Shown here piece by piece: positions 12,143-23,323 of a DNA stretch of 64,000 nucleotides; the stretch's first letter is position 1, and each line of letters begins with the position of its first letter. The notes beneath the pieces were generated by a model. The model saw nothing but the letters and a program-made list of their open reading frames with translations. It was not told the DNA's origin and ran no database searches. Source of the DNA: Deinococcus sp. Its GTDB lineage: Bacteria > Deinococcota > Deinococci > Deinococcales > Deinococcaceae. The stretch is from positions 2,368,001-2,432,000 of the forward strand of contig OZ253375.1 in the NCBI GenBank assembly GCA_965261005.1. Reading direction: 5' to 3'. The translations under genes and the position numbers were made by a program.

Positions 12143-12568
12143 TCACTCGAATACCCGCGCTTTTAAAAGCGCGAAATGCCGCGCGTCGAAGGTCAAGACG
12201 GTCGCTCCCAAGCGGTTCGCCATCGCCGCGAGCGTCGCGTCTGCCAAAGAAATCCTTTGGTCCCCGAACGCCCGAAGCAGCGCCAAGGCGCCCATCACGT
12301 CGGCCTCGCCGGGCAAGAGCGGCGGGTAGACGGACAGCGTGCGCGTGACGGCCTGCTCTGCCTTGATGGGGTCCTCCGGCTTGCGGTAGAGGATCAGCCG
12401 GTGCAGTTCCGTGGCGATGGGATAAGGCAGGAAAGCCGCTTCGCCGCCCTCACTCAGGCGATCAAAGGTGACCTTGGCACGCGCGTGGTGTTGGTCAGTT
12501 GGCGTGAGCAGCGCGTACAGCGGCGCGGTATCCAGCAAAACGCCGCGCCCGGCGCGTTTTGATGTCAC
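12143..12568 (-). CDS. vapC: PIN-domain VapC-like toxin
   Basis: LLDTAPLYA...E...SLAD...TFDARHF. Confidence 0.88.
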   Translation of the reverse strand: MTSKRAGRGVLLDTAPLYALLTPTDQHHARAKVTFDRLSEGGEAAFLPYPIATELHRLILYRKPEDPIKAEQAVTRTLSVYPPLLPGEADVMGALALLRAFGDQRISLADATLAAMANRLGATVLTFDARHFALLKARVFE

Positions 12569-12921
12569 CCGGCTTTGGCGTCTACGTCGGCGACGGTGGC
12601 GAGGTCAAGCAGTTCGTCTATCCGCTCACTGGTATCGCGCCCATACACCGGATCGTCGAGCAGGCCGATCAGTGCCAAATGCCGCTGCGGACGCTGTTCT
12701 ACGCCTTCGATCAGATCGTCTAGTCGCACCGGTTCGCCGGTGATGCTTTCCAGCACCTTGATGACCCTGCCGACGGTCGTGAGATCAATACGCTGCGCCG
12801 GCCTGCGGGCCAAATCATACACGGTGTTTCGGGCCACTTTACCTTTGGCCGCTTGTGCGAGCCGGTAAGCGGTTATGTTTTGCCGCGTCAAGTAGGCCCC
12901 TAAGTTCAGTCTCAACTCCAT
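12565..12921 (-). CDS. Cro/C1-type HTH protein, putative antitoxin
   Basis: ITAYRLA...RNTVYDL...RIDLTT; overlaps the vapC start. Confidence 0.75.
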   Translation of the reverse strand: MELRLNLGAYLTRQNITAYRLAQAAKGKVARNTVYDLARRPAQRIDLTTVGRVIKVLESITGEPVRLDDLIEGVEQRPQRHLALIGLLDDPVYGRDTSERIDELLDLATVADVDAKAG

Positions 12922-12967
12922 AGTATGACCAGCTTATCAGAAGTCCGGGAAGCTGACGCGCCGCCTC

Positions 12968-13061
12968 TCAACCGCCCAGCATCTCGGGAAACGGCGCGGG
13001 CACCTCCAGGATGTCGCCGGGCCGGAAGTTCTTGCGGTTGTTGGTGATAACCGCCGCCCAT
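12968..13061 (-). pseudogene. Remnant of a PIN toxin (C-terminal fragment only)
   Basis: ATG right after the upstream stop, followed out of frame by AVITNNRKNFRP (PIN-like TxNxxxF tail). Confidence 0.5.
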
Positions 13062-13256
13062 TTACTCTTCCCCGTCGCGTGACCGCCGAACGTCCGAGAC
13101 GAGTTCTTCGGCGTAGTTAAGGTCGAGGGCGCCGGGCCGCAGGAAGCTTTGGCGGTCGGCCCGCAATTCGGCCAGCAGGGCGTCCGCTCGGCGGGTGTTG
13201 GGCGTTTGCACCCGCACGCGTGGCCCAGAAGCGGTGCGTCGGATCACGTCTATCAT
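13062..13256 (-). CDS. Small putative antitoxin
   Basis: 64 aa, GAGG RBS, ends EELVSDVRRSR as in VapB-like tails. Confidence 0.55.
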   Translation of the reverse strand: MIDVIRRTASGPRVRVQTPNTRRADALLAELRADRQSFLRPGALDLNYAEELVSDVRRSRDGEE

Positions 13257-13287
13257 CGTATAACCTCGCCCCCGGCCATCTTTCGCC

Positions 13288-13671
13288 TCAGCGAATCACT
13301 TCCACCTGAACGCGCAGGCCCGGCAGCTCGGCCCAGCTTCGCTCGGCGGTCAGCACCCCGGCGGCGCGCGACTCGGCCAGGGCCAGGCAGGCGCAGTCGC
13401 CCAAGCTTAGTTTGTGGGCGCTGCGCCGGGCATAAAAGAAAGAGGCGTCAAATGCCAATTCGGCGCTGAAAGCGATCAAGGTGAGGCCAAGGTTCCTGAC
13501 GTCATCTCGCGCTTCATTCTCCAAGGCAAGGCCGGAACCGCACAACTTGCCCAGCACTTCCGTGACGTTCACGCTGCACATGCTGGCACCTTCCCGAATC
13601 TGCCGCGCGACACGCTCATGACCGGGTTCCCTCTGGAAGTAGGCCAGCAGGGCGGAGGCGTCAATCACCAT
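13288..13671 (-). CDS. vapC: PIN-domain VapC-like toxin
   Basis: VIDASALLAY..REPG, VNVTEV, LSLGDCACLALA, VLTAE. Confidence 0.9.
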   Translation of the reverse strand: MVIDASALLAYFQREPGHERVARQIREGASMCSVNVTEVLGKLCGSGLALENEARDDVRNLGLTLIAFSAELAFDASFFYARRSAHKLSLGDCACLALAESRAAGVLTAERSWAELPGLRVQVEVIR

Positions 13672-13919
13672 CCCTTAGCCTCCGCCTCGGCGCGCCGCTC
13701 GGCCAAAAGTTCTTCGGAAAGCGAGCGGCCATCCTTGGAAGCGTACTTTCCTTGCAAGCGCTCAACAATGGCCCGCCGCGTGGTCAAGCGAACCTCGCCG
13801 TTCTCCTCGATGAACAGCAGCTTGTCGCCCGGCTGCACCTCGAGTGCGGCGCGAATTTCGGCCGGGATCACCACCCGCCCTTTCAGCCCCAACTCGACCT
13901 CTTTGGTTTGTGCCGTCAT
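13665..13919 (-). CDS. AbrB/MazE-family antitoxin
   Basis: KGRVVIPAEIRAALEVQPGD. Confidence 0.9.
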   Translation of the reverse strand: MTAQTKEVELGLKGRVVIPAEIRAALEVQPGDKLLFIEENGEVRLTTRRAIVERLQGKYASKDGRSLSEELLAERRAEAEAKGW

Positions 13920-13992
13920 TTACGCACCTCCAACCCTAGAGTACCACTTTATCCTGAAGGTGGCACAAAGCTGGGGCTGTTATGCTCTTCCC

Positions 13993-14553
13993 ATGCAAAC
14001 CGACTATGCCCTCAAGGAGTGGGACGCGCAGGTCCAGGCTCTCTTACGCGGCGAGGTCGCCCTGATTCTGCGCAAGGGCGGCATTCTGGAGACGCACGAG
14101 GGCTTCGAGGTCGAGCACGGCAGCTTCTACCTGTACCCCACCTACCTACATCAAAACGCGCCCGAACTGCGCCCCGCCTTTCGGGGGTTGCTGCACCCCG
14201 ATCCCCAGCCGGGCACGGTGACGCTGCCGGCCCACGCCGAGGTGCTGGCCGTGTGGAAGGTTGAGTCGCTGGACAAGTTGCTGGCGCTGGAGGATATGCA
14301 AGCCCTCAGCGCGGCGGCCATCGAGCGGCGCTTCGCGTATCGCGGCCGGCCCTGGTTGCACGCCCTGTTGCTGCGGGTCACGCGGCTCACCGACCCACCC
14401 CGCTTCGCCGAGACGCCGGAGATGCTGGGCTGCCAAAGCTGGGTGCCGCTCGACCGGGGCTCACTGCCGGCGGGTTCGCAAGACGGCAGCGCCGCGCACG
14501 ACAACGCCCAGCTCGCTGGTGTGCGGGCAGAGATCGAACGCCGCCTCGCTTGA
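13993..14553 (+). CDS. DUF1802 family protein
   Basis: ALKEW...LRKGGI.E...LYPTYLHQ...GCQSWV; leaderless TATGCT-6nt-ATG. Confidence 0.85.
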   Translation: MQTDYALKEWDAQVQALLRGEVALILRKGGILETHEGFEVEHGSFYLYPTYLHQNAPELRPAFRGLLHPDPQPGTVTLPAHAEVLAVWKVESLDKLLALEDMQALSAAAIERRFAYRGRPWLHALLLRVTRLTDPPRFAETPEMLGCQSWVPLDRGSLPAGSQDGSAAHDNAQLAGVRAEIERRLA

Positions 14554-14823
14554 CGGTCCCACACGGTCGCCGCAACATTGCCGTAACTTTAGGAAAATGA
14601 TCAACTCTCAAGTCTACCCTTCAAGCACAAAAGCGCGGCCCTCTTAAAATTTGACCTTTCCGCAAGGCTGCTCTTGTATACTTTGCGCCGGTTTGACGTT
14701 TTATGGGTAAATTGAGCTGGAATTGCCCGCGACCCGGTTTGTTTTCTCACCGTTGTCAAAGAAAGGAAGAACCGAACTTTACATTTCGGCCCGTTTGTTT
14801 TTATACTGCTGTCGGAGGGGTAT

Positions 14824-15267
14824 ATGGCACTTCGTAAATTGAGTGAACAGGTTGAGCAGCTGGACAATCCGCAGCGTTCCGACGCTTTCGTGAAGCAATT
14901 TAGAACGGCGGTGCGCAACGGTGACTTCGACGCGGCTTATATTGCCGAGCGTTTCACCTTGCCCAAACAATATGCCAAACGCGGCAGCGACGAGCGTTAT
15001 GCCAAAGACTCCAAGGACATGGTCTTTGAGGCCACGCCCGAGTTTCAGAAGTGGTTCGACAACATCAATCAGGAGTTGACCGGCAGCCGGCGCAACACCA
15101 AGATTAAGGCGAGCTTGGAGGCTTTTGAAAGCGGCAGCTTGAACTTCAAGCAGGCCGCCGAGGAAACCCGCCAAAAGATGGACGCCAGCTACAAAAAGGG
15201 CCAAAGTCTGGGCAACAGCCGAACCAAAAGCCGCGGAAAGGCCAAAGCCAAGTCGAGCAGGGCCTGA
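14824..15267 (+). CDS. Hypothetical protein with basic K/R-rich tail
   Basis: GGAGG RBS, coding-like composition. Confidence 0.75.
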   Translation: MALRKLSEQVEQLDNPQRSDAFVKQFRTAVRNGDFDAAYIAERFTLPKQYAKRGSDERYAKDSKDMVFEATPEFQKWFDNINQELTGSRRNTKIKASLEAFESGSLNFKQAAEETRQKMDASYKKGQSLGNSRTKSRGKAKAKSSRA

Positions 15268-15336
15268 CGGCCGCAGCGGTACACCGTAAAGCGATACACC
15301 ATGAAGCGCGGGGCGATGTAAGGTCGCCCCGCGCTT

Positions 15337-15912
15337 TTATACTGCCGGTTGGGCCACGCCCTCTTCTGCGCTTGGCGCCGACAAGCCGAGCCGGCGGCAC
15401 AAGTCCACAAAGGCGTGCGCCGTCACCCGCACGTCGCCGAGGCTGCGGTGGCGGCCGTACTCGCCGGGACCGTGTTCGCCGAACTTCAGGCCGCAACGCC
15501 GCGCCAGCGCGTCGAGGGTGTGGCCGCGCTCGCCGGGAAAGGCGCGGCGCGAAAGCTGTGCGGTGCAGATTTCGGCGCTGGGTTGCCACAAAAGGCCGTA
15601 CCGTTTGGCGGCGGCCCGCATAAAGCCGGCGTCGAAGCCCACGTTGTGCGCGACCACGGCCCGCCCGTCCACGAAGTCCAGAAACTCCGGCAGCACCTCG
15701 CGCAAGGTGGGGGCGTCGCGCACGTCCCGCGCGCGAATGCCGTGAACTTGGCTGGCCCGCCAGGGAATGTCGCGCTCGGGGTTCACCAGGCGGTGAAAGT
15801 GCGGCGTCCCCAGCACTTGGCCGCCGCGCACGTACACGGCGCCGATCTCCACGACCGCGTCCCGCTCGGGGGACAGCCCGGTCGTTTCGAGGTCGAACAC
15901 GACGTAGTCCAT
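15337..15912 (-). CDS. DEDDh 3'-5' exonuclease (DnaQ/epsilon-like)
   Basis: FDLETTG, AHNVGFD and HRSLGD motifs. Confidence 0.9.
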   Translation of the reverse strand: MDYVVFDLETTGLSPERDAVVEIGAVYVRGGQVLGTPHFHRLVNPERDIPWRASQVHGIRARDVRDAPTLREVLPEFLDFVDGRAVVAHNVGFDAGFMRAAAKRYGLLWQPSAEICTAQLSRRAFPGERGHTLDALARRCGLKFGEHGPGEYGRHRSLGDVRVTAHAFVDLCRRLGLSAPSAEEGVAQPAV

Positions 15913-15970
15913 AAAAAACAGCCTACCGCGTTTGCGTGCGGTAGGCTGAATAAGCCTGTTGCCACGAAAC

Positions 15971-16174
15971 TCAGGTGTTGCCCACGTCCTTGACGGCGGC
16001 CGTCACGTCGGTCGGCTTGGCGTACTGCTTGTCGGGCAGTCCTTCCAGGGCGGAGCGGACGTTGTCGTCCATGTCGCCGTTGGACTTCGCCTTGCTGATG
16101 ATGTCCTGTTTGCTGGCCGGGTAGTTGACGCCCTTGAGGTGCTTTTGAAGTTGAATGGGATTGACCTTTGCCAT
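15971..16174 (-). CDS. DUF2795 family protein
   Basis: [14 protein letters not shown]...A...LPD..Y. Confidence 0.85.
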   Translation of the reverse strand: MAKVNPIQLQKHLKGVNYPASKQDIISKAKSNGDMDDNVRSALEGLPDKQYAKPTDVTAAVKDVGNT

Positions 16175-16302
16175 GTTGCCCTCCTTATCCTCTATGGTGG
16201 CGGCTCGGCCCTGTGGGCGCGTGTGGCCGCGCGCCGCTCCCCTTCATCATCCCCTGCCCGCCCCTGAAGCCGGGGTTAGGGTTCGGCGCTTACCATCGGA
16301 AT

Positions 16303-16797
16303 TTACCAGCCGAAGCTGCCCGGCACGCCCTTGAACGGCCCCACCACGTCTCGCGTGATCCAGCCACCGTAGAAGTCGCCCGGCTGCGGCGTCACCCGCT
16401 CGCCGTCCACCAAGCAGGCGTCCATCCGGCCCGCGTACACGGCGACGTACCCGGCGATGGGCGCAAAGGCTGGGGTGGGGCGCTCGTAGGACCAGCCGGC
16501 GGCCGGCGCCACTTGCTCGCCGCCCCGCAGCGTCCAGTAGGTCGCCGGCCCCTTCCACTCGCACACCGAAGACCCCGGCGCCCGCGTCAGCACGCCGGGA
16601 GCGAAGGCGTCTTGCGGCAGGTAATAGCCGGGCGGGTGGCTGGTCTCCAGCACCCGGTAGGCGCCGCGCGTGTCGGCGATTCTTTGGCCGCCCAGGTAAA
16701 TCTCAATGTGCCTATCGGTCGCTTCCAGGCGCGGCGGGCGCGGGTAGGCCCAGACGCTTTCTTGGCCGGGCTGGATGGGGAGGGGAGAGGGACGCAT
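16303..16797 (-). CDS. DUF427 family protein
   Basis: ESVWAYPRPP, LETSHPP, CEWKG and FYGGWIT motifs. Confidence 0.88.
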   Translation of the reverse strand: MRPSPLPIQPGQESVWAYPRPPRLEATDRHIEIYLGGQRIADTRGAYRVLETSHPPGYYLPQDAFAPGVLTRAPGSSVCEWKGPATYWTLRGGEQVAPAAGWSYERPTPAFAPIAGYVAVYAGRMDACLVDGERVTPQPGDFYGGWITRDVVGPFKGVPGSFGW

Positions 16798-16904
16798 GGG
16801 ATCAGCATGCGCTTGGAAGGTTGCTGTGGCCGTGGGGGATGGCACGCTCCGGCACCCCTATCCTTTCTAGCTAGAGCTGCTAGAATTTAGCTAGGAGGCG
16901 AGTT

Positions 16905-17129
16905 ATGAAAGTGAACATGCACGAGGCGAAGACCCGGCTCTCACAACTGGTCGAGCAGGCTTTGCGCGGCGAGGAGGTCATCATCGCCCGCAACGGGGCG
17001 CCGGCCGTGCGCTTGACGCCGATCGAAGCGCCGGCGCAGAAGCGCGTTTTGGGATTTGGCAAGGGCAATCTGACGGTCGAGCAAGCCTTGGAACCCATGA
17101 CCGAGGAAGAACTTCAGGAGTGGGAATAA
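16905..17129 (+). CDS. Phd/YefM-family antitoxin
   Basis: VNMHEAKTRLSQLV...GEEVIIAR.G.P. Confidence 0.9.
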   Translation: MKVNMHEAKTRLSQLVEQALRGEEVIIARNGAPAVRLTPIEAPAQKRVLGFGKGNLTVEQALEPMTEEELQEWE

Positions 17130-17515
17130 GGTTGCTGCTCGACACGCACGCGCTCGTCTGGGCCATCAACGCGCCCGACCAACTGAGCGCACGGGCGCGC
17201 GGCGCCATTCAGGACCTTGGAAATGTGCTCTTTGTGAGCAGCGTCAGCGCATACGAAATAGCCAACAAATACCATCTGGGAAAATGGCCGGAAGTCGCCG
17301 ACATTGTTGAAAACTACGAGCTGTATTTGGACAAGCTGCGGGCCGTACGTCTGCCCGTGAGCGAGGCGCACGCCCTGGCGGCCGGGCTGCTGCCCTACGC
17401 CCACCGCGACCCCTTCGACCGCCTGCTGATCGGCCAGGCCACCCATGAGGAACTGCCCGTCGTGACCCTTGACCCCGCCATCAGAAATTGTCCGGGCGTC
17501 AAGACGATCTGGTAA
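17120..17515 (+). CDS. vapC: PIN-domain VapC-like toxin
   Basis: LLLDTHALVW, SAYEI and HRDPFDRLL motifs. Confidence 0.92.
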   Translation: MGIRLLLDTHALVWAINAPDQLSARARGAIQDLGNVLFVSSVSAYEIANKYHLGKWPEVADIVENYELYLDKLRAVRLPVSEAHALAAGLLPYAHRDPFDRLLIGQATHEELPVVTLDPAIRNCPGVKTIW

Positions 17516-17574
17516 GTTGACGCCACCCTTACCTTGTTATACAAGTATCTTGTGAAGCATGATAAAGAAGATTT

Positions 17575-17922
17575 GTGAACCCGCTCAAGTCGGGCACCGT
17601 TGACCTCGCGCTGCTCGCCGCGCTGCAAGATCGGCCCCGCTACGGTCTTGAATTGCTTGAACACGTCAACGCGAGCAGCGGCGGATTGTTCGGTTTGCGC
17701 GAGGGCAGCCTTTACCCAGCGCTGCACCGCTTTGTGAAGGCGGGATGGGTGGAGAGCGAGTGGCAAGCCAGCAGCGCGGGTGGGGCGCCGCGCAAGTACT
17801 ACCGCCTTACGGACGAAGGAAAGCGGGCGCTTGCCGACAAAAAGCGTGAGTGGCGCGACCTGCGTGGCGCGCTCGACGCCCTGCTGACGAAGGGGGTGAG
17901 CCTTGCCCGCCAGCGCTCTTGA
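17575..17922 (+). CDS. PadR-family transcriptional regulator
   Basis: YG.EL, GSLYPALHR and RKYYRLT motifs; ACAAG-tat-CTTGT palindrome upstream at 17540-17552. Confidence 0.92.
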   Translation: MNPLKSGTVDLALLAALQDRPRYGLELLEHVNASSGGLFGLREGSLYPALHRFVKAGWVESEWQASSAGGAPRKYYRLTDEGKRALADKKREWRDLRGALDALLTKGVSLARQRS

Positions 17923-18841
17923 CCGCTACATCGCACGCGCCACCCTGGGGCTGCCGAGGGCAGAGCGGCTCGATACGGCGGCCGAGTTGCGGACACACCT
18001 GCTGGAGCGCGCCGCTCAACTTCAGGCGCAGGGTTTCGCGCGTGAGGAGGCGGAATACCTGGCGGTGAGGCAGATGGGTAACGTGCGCGCCACCAACGTG
18101 CAACTGCTCGGGCACTTCTTCACCACGCCGCTGGGTTGGGGCGTGCTGGCGCTCGTGGTGCTGGCCTTGGTGGGCTGGCAAGCATGGAGTTCTTTCGGCG
18201 TCTCGCGCGTTCGGGTCAACGCGACCGGCTGGCAGGATAAGGGGTTAAACGGCCTGATCGCCGGGGGCACCTTGCCGACGACCTATAACCAGTTCGGCCT
18301 GACCCTGTCCCGAAAGACGCAAAAGCTGTATGTGGCGTGGATCACGCCGGAATCAATACGGCGTCGAGTACAGAGCCAAGTGATGGACGTGAGGGGTGGA
18401 CAGTACGTCAGCGTTTGGGCCAGCCTACCGACTTGGCGCCCTTACTGGAAAAACCGCAGCCCATTGCCCTACGCCGACTTGCCTTGGCGCGAAACTTGCC
18501 ACGACGAGCAACCGATTCACATTTCGGCAGGAACCCGTTTCGAGGGCCTCCGTGTTCAAAATTCGAACTTGCAGGGCGTGCTGTGGTGCAGCGACATTCC
18601 CGGCACAGGGACGTCTCGTGGCGCGAGCTATCAATACTCAGGGTTCGGCTTCGATGATGACGGCGTGCGGCTCAACGAATGGCTCCCCATCTTCGGCGCC
18701 CACAGCATGATCGCGGCCCAACCGCGCGGCGGCGTCCTGATGCTGGCCCCCACCGACGGCCGCGACCCCGGCCCGCCTCCCGCACTCGCCTTTGACGAGC
18801 GCTCCGATAATTGGACGCTTATCCACGGGAAGAAGCGATGA
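17903..18841 (+). CDS. Permease-prefix-domain (HAAS-like) membrane protein, PadR partner
   Basis: ELRTHL.E...G...EEA...A...MG followed by one TM helix. Confidence 0.75.
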   Translation: MPASALDRYIARATLGLPRAERLDTAAELRTHLLERAAQLQAQGFAREEAEYLAVRQMGNVRATNVQLLGHFFTTPLGWGVLALVVLALVGWQAWSSFGVSRVRVNATGWQDKGLNGLIAGGTLPTTYNQFGLTLSRKTQKLYVAWITPESIRRRVQSQVMDVRGGQYVSVWASLPTWRPYWKNRSPLPYADLPWRETCHDEQPIHISAGTRFEGLRVQNSNLQGVLWCSDIPGTGTSRGASYQYSGFGFDDDGVRLNEWLPIFGAHSMIAAQPRGGVLMLAPTDGRDPGPPPALAFDERSDNWTLIHGKKR

Positions 18842-18868
18842 ATCGGGAGTCCATAACCCGAACTGTTC

Positions 18869-20878
<2,010 letters not shown>

Positions 20879-20887
20879 CCCTCCATA

Positions 20888-20904
20888 TTACGCCAAGAAC
20901 ATAG
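20888..20904. promoter_or_regulatory. RDRM (DdrO operator) overlapping the uvrB -10 box
   Basis: TTACGCCAAGAACATAG fits the 17-bp RDRM pattern; TAATAT on the minus strand (20885-20890) lies 6 nt from the ATG. Confidence 0.8.
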
Positions 20905-20977
20905 TGAGGGGATGAAGGCGGGTAAGATACACGGGCAGGTGAATCTCGCAGCACTTCAGCTTCTCAGGAGGTCCGTT

Positions 20978-21550
20978 ATGAGCCAGCCCAGCAGCTTTAA
21001 CTTCGGCCGCATGGTCGGCCAAAGCCTCGACGTGTTGATCCGTCCGGGGGTCGCCACCTTTGAGCGCTACGAGCGCGGCAGTGTGCGCGCGGCGTTTCTG
21101 TACGTCCTTGTGGCGGCGGTTGTCTCGGCCGTGATCGCGGCGTTTTTCGCGCTGTTTCAAGACGACGTCACCTTTTTCGGCCAGCTGGTCACCCGCCTGA
21201 TTTTGATTCCGCTGGGCTTCGGTGTCTTCACGGGGGCGGTCTACTGGATTGGCAAGAGCTTGTTCGGTGGCACCGGCAAGTATGCGGAGGTTGCCTACAC
21301 CTACGCGCTGTTCTTCGTGCCGATCAGCGTGATCAACAGCGTGTTGGCGAGTTTGCTGGGCGTCGTCCTCGGCTGGTTGATTCTGTCCCTGACCGCCGTG
21401 GCCTTGGTGTACTTCGGCTGGTTGGCGGTGCAGTCAAGCATGAACATCCGCGACCGGGGGCAGGCCGCCATCACCCTGGTCATCGCGGCCCTGGTCTACT
21501 GGTTGATCCAGAATTTTCTTGAAAGATTGTTGGTGTCACTCTTCACTTAA
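20978..21550 (+). CDS. YIP1-family membrane protein
   Basis: P...F N-terminal motif, ~5 TM helices, LFGGTG; AGGAGG RBS. Confidence 0.75.
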   Translation: MSQPSSFNFGRMVGQSLDVLIRPGVATFERYERGSVRAAFLYVLVAAVVSAVIAAFFALFQDDVTFFGQLVTRLILIPLGFGVFTGAVYWIGKSLFGGTGKYAEVAYTYALFFVPISVINSVLASLLGVVLGWLILSLTAVALVYFGWLAVQSSMNIRDRGQAAITLVIAALVYWLIQNFLERLLVSLFT

Positions 21551-21646
21551 AGGCGTTTGAGGTGTAGACATCCGCGAAACGTTTCTCCCGGCCACCGTCT
21601 TCCAGCCACCGCGTATACTCTGGAAAATGCACGAAAGGCGGGTCAC

Positions 21647-22129
21647 ATGCGCGGGTGGCTGTTGATAGGACTGCTTGGAATCGCCGGCGCGGGCGCGGCG
21701 CCGCTCACCGGTCAGGGCGCCTGGCAAGCTCAGGCAGGGCAAGCCCAAACGGACGCGCCCTTGTTGCGGCGCGCCCAGCGCCTGACCCAAGCTTTTTACG
21801 CCGTCAAACTGGACGAGGTCTGGGCGGCCTTCACGCCAGAACTTCAGGCGAACTGGGGCGGCCTGGACGCCTTTCGCGCCTACCGTGAAACCGGGCTGAG
21901 CGAGTACGGCCCTGAAACCAAGGTGTTGGACGAGCGAATGGTGAAGGGCGAAGGTTTGCGCTATTACGTGCGCGCCGCCGTCTTTGCGCGCCATCCCGCC
22001 GAAACGTGGCTGGTGATCTTCGGCTTTGACGCTCAGGGGCAGGTGGCGCTGTTCACCATCACGCTGGCCGGCGACCCCAACGGTCCGCCCACGCAGGAGC
22101 CGCTGCACACCCTCTCGCCGGGCACGTAG
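21647..22129 (+). CDS. Secreted hypothetical protein
   Basis: Signal peptide MRGWLLIGLLGIAGAGA. Confidence 0.65.
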   Translation: MRGWLLIGLLGIAGAGAAPLTGQGAWQAQAGQAQTDAPLLRRAQRLTQAFYAVKLDEVWAAFTPELQANWGGLDAFRAYRETGLSEYGPETKVLDERMVKGEGLRYYVRAAVFARHPAETWLVIFGFDAQGQVALFTITLAGDPNGPPTQEPLHTLSPGT

Positions 22130-22151
22130 ACAATCCACGTAAACTCTTTCC

Positions 22152-22472
22152 ATGCTTAAAAAAGTGTCGCCCGAGAACCGGCAAAAGTACGACCAAGTCT
22201 TTATGCAGGTCGTCCTCGGGGTGCAGGCCGGCGCGCAGGCGACGCGGCCCGACGCGCCGGGCAGCCTCGCACAGCTGTTTCACAGGGAGCAGGTCGCGGA
22301 CGCCCTGCAAGGCTGCGCCGCGCTGATCGCCGCTTGGAACGGGGGCGCGGTGGATGAGGGGGCCGTCAAGAAAACCGCCGGCGCCTTGCGCGGCTTGAAG
22401 CTCCCCGACCTGGCCGTTCGCGTCGAGAACCTGGTGAACATCGAGGGAAACGGCGCGGCGGGCGCTTCCTGA
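22152..22472 (+). CDS. Hypothetical protein
   Basis: Leaderless TAAACT-6nt-ATG; coding-like composition. Confidence 0.7.
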   Translation: MLKKVSPENRQKYDQVFMQVVLGVQAGAQATRPDAPGSLAQLFHREQVADALQGCAALIAAWNGGAVDEGAVKKTAGALRGLKLPDLAVRVENLVNIEGNGAAGAS

Positions 22473-22569
22473 AGAGGTTCCACGTCTGCGGCGAAAGTGC
22501 GCTACAATACCCGCTTGGTTGCCCCCGGCGGTTCCGGCGCGGCATAAAAGGGTACCCAAGGAGAGCGAC

Positions 22570-22803
22570 ATGGCGAAGAAATGTTTCGTGACAGGCAAAA
22601 GTGGCATGGTAGTCAACAGCGTGACCCGGCGCGGCAAGGCGCGCGCCGATGGCGGCGTGGGCCGTAAGACCACCGGCATCTCGGGCCGGCGTCAAAAGGC
22701 CAACCTGCAAAAGAAGCTGGTCGTGGTGAACGGCGAGGTCCAGCGCGTTTGGCTGTCGGCCAAGGCGCTGCGGCGCTTGCCGGACAACATCGAACTGGTC
22801 TAA
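22570..22803 (+). CDS. rpmB: 50S ribosomal protein L28
   Basis: [10 protein letters not shown]...RRQKANLQ...[19 protein letters not shown]. Confidence 0.95.
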   Translation: MAKKCFVTGKSGMVVNSVTRRGKARADGGVGRKTTGISGRRQKANLQKKLVVVNGEVQRVWLSAKALRRLPDNIELV

Positions 22804-22874
22804 AGCGCGGCGGCTTCTGACTTCGGTGGGCCGGTCCCTTGGGGACCGGCCGCTTTCATTGACAAGCTCTACAC

Positions 22875-23207
22875 TCAATGCTCGCGCCGCCGCTTCTGGT
22901 GGCGTGGGCGCAGCCTCACGCCCAAGTGCGCCTCTAAGGCACCTGACAGCAAGCCCAGCACGCCGCCGCCGGCCCAGCCTACCACGCAGCTCACCGCCAC
23001 CAGAAAGACGGCGCTGACCTCGGCCCACTCCAGCAACAGGCCGCAGGTGGCGAGGGCGGCCAGACCGGCGGCGCCGGCGGCGGCGAGCAGACGGCGGGCG
23101 CGTGGGGGGGTTTCCAGCATCAGTTGTCGGGCCAGCTGTGCCGCGCAGGCGGCGGCGAAGGTGGCGAACAATACGGCGGGCAGATCGGGCAGGACGGTGG
23201 CGGGCAT
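22875..23207 (-). CDS. Small 3-TM membrane protein, holin-like
   Basis: 110 aa, three hydrophobic segments, strongly basic C-tail (RPRHQKRRREH), GGGAG RBS; holin call is inference. Confidence 0.55.
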   Translation of the reverse strand: MPATVLPDLPAVLFATFAAACAAQLARQLMLETPPRARRLLAAAGAAGLAALATCGLLLEWAEVSAVFLVAVSCVVGWAGGGVLGLLSGALEAHLGVRLRPRHQKRRREH

Positions 23208-23236
23208 AATAAGACTCCCTTCTGGCGCGTGGCCGA

Positions 23237-23253
23237 TTACGTCTCTAGCGTAA
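23237..23253. promoter_or_regulatory. RDRM-like operator overlapping the -10 of a leftward promoter
   Basis: TTACGTCTCTAGCGTAA (17 bp); minus strand reads TTGAAA(23275-23270)-17nt-TACGCT(23252-23247). Confidence 0.7.
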
Positions 23254-23323
23254 TATTTCAAGAGTCATATTTCAAGGGGAAAATATCACATTATTTATTC
23301 CTATCCCTCTTTAAGCTGTCCTT

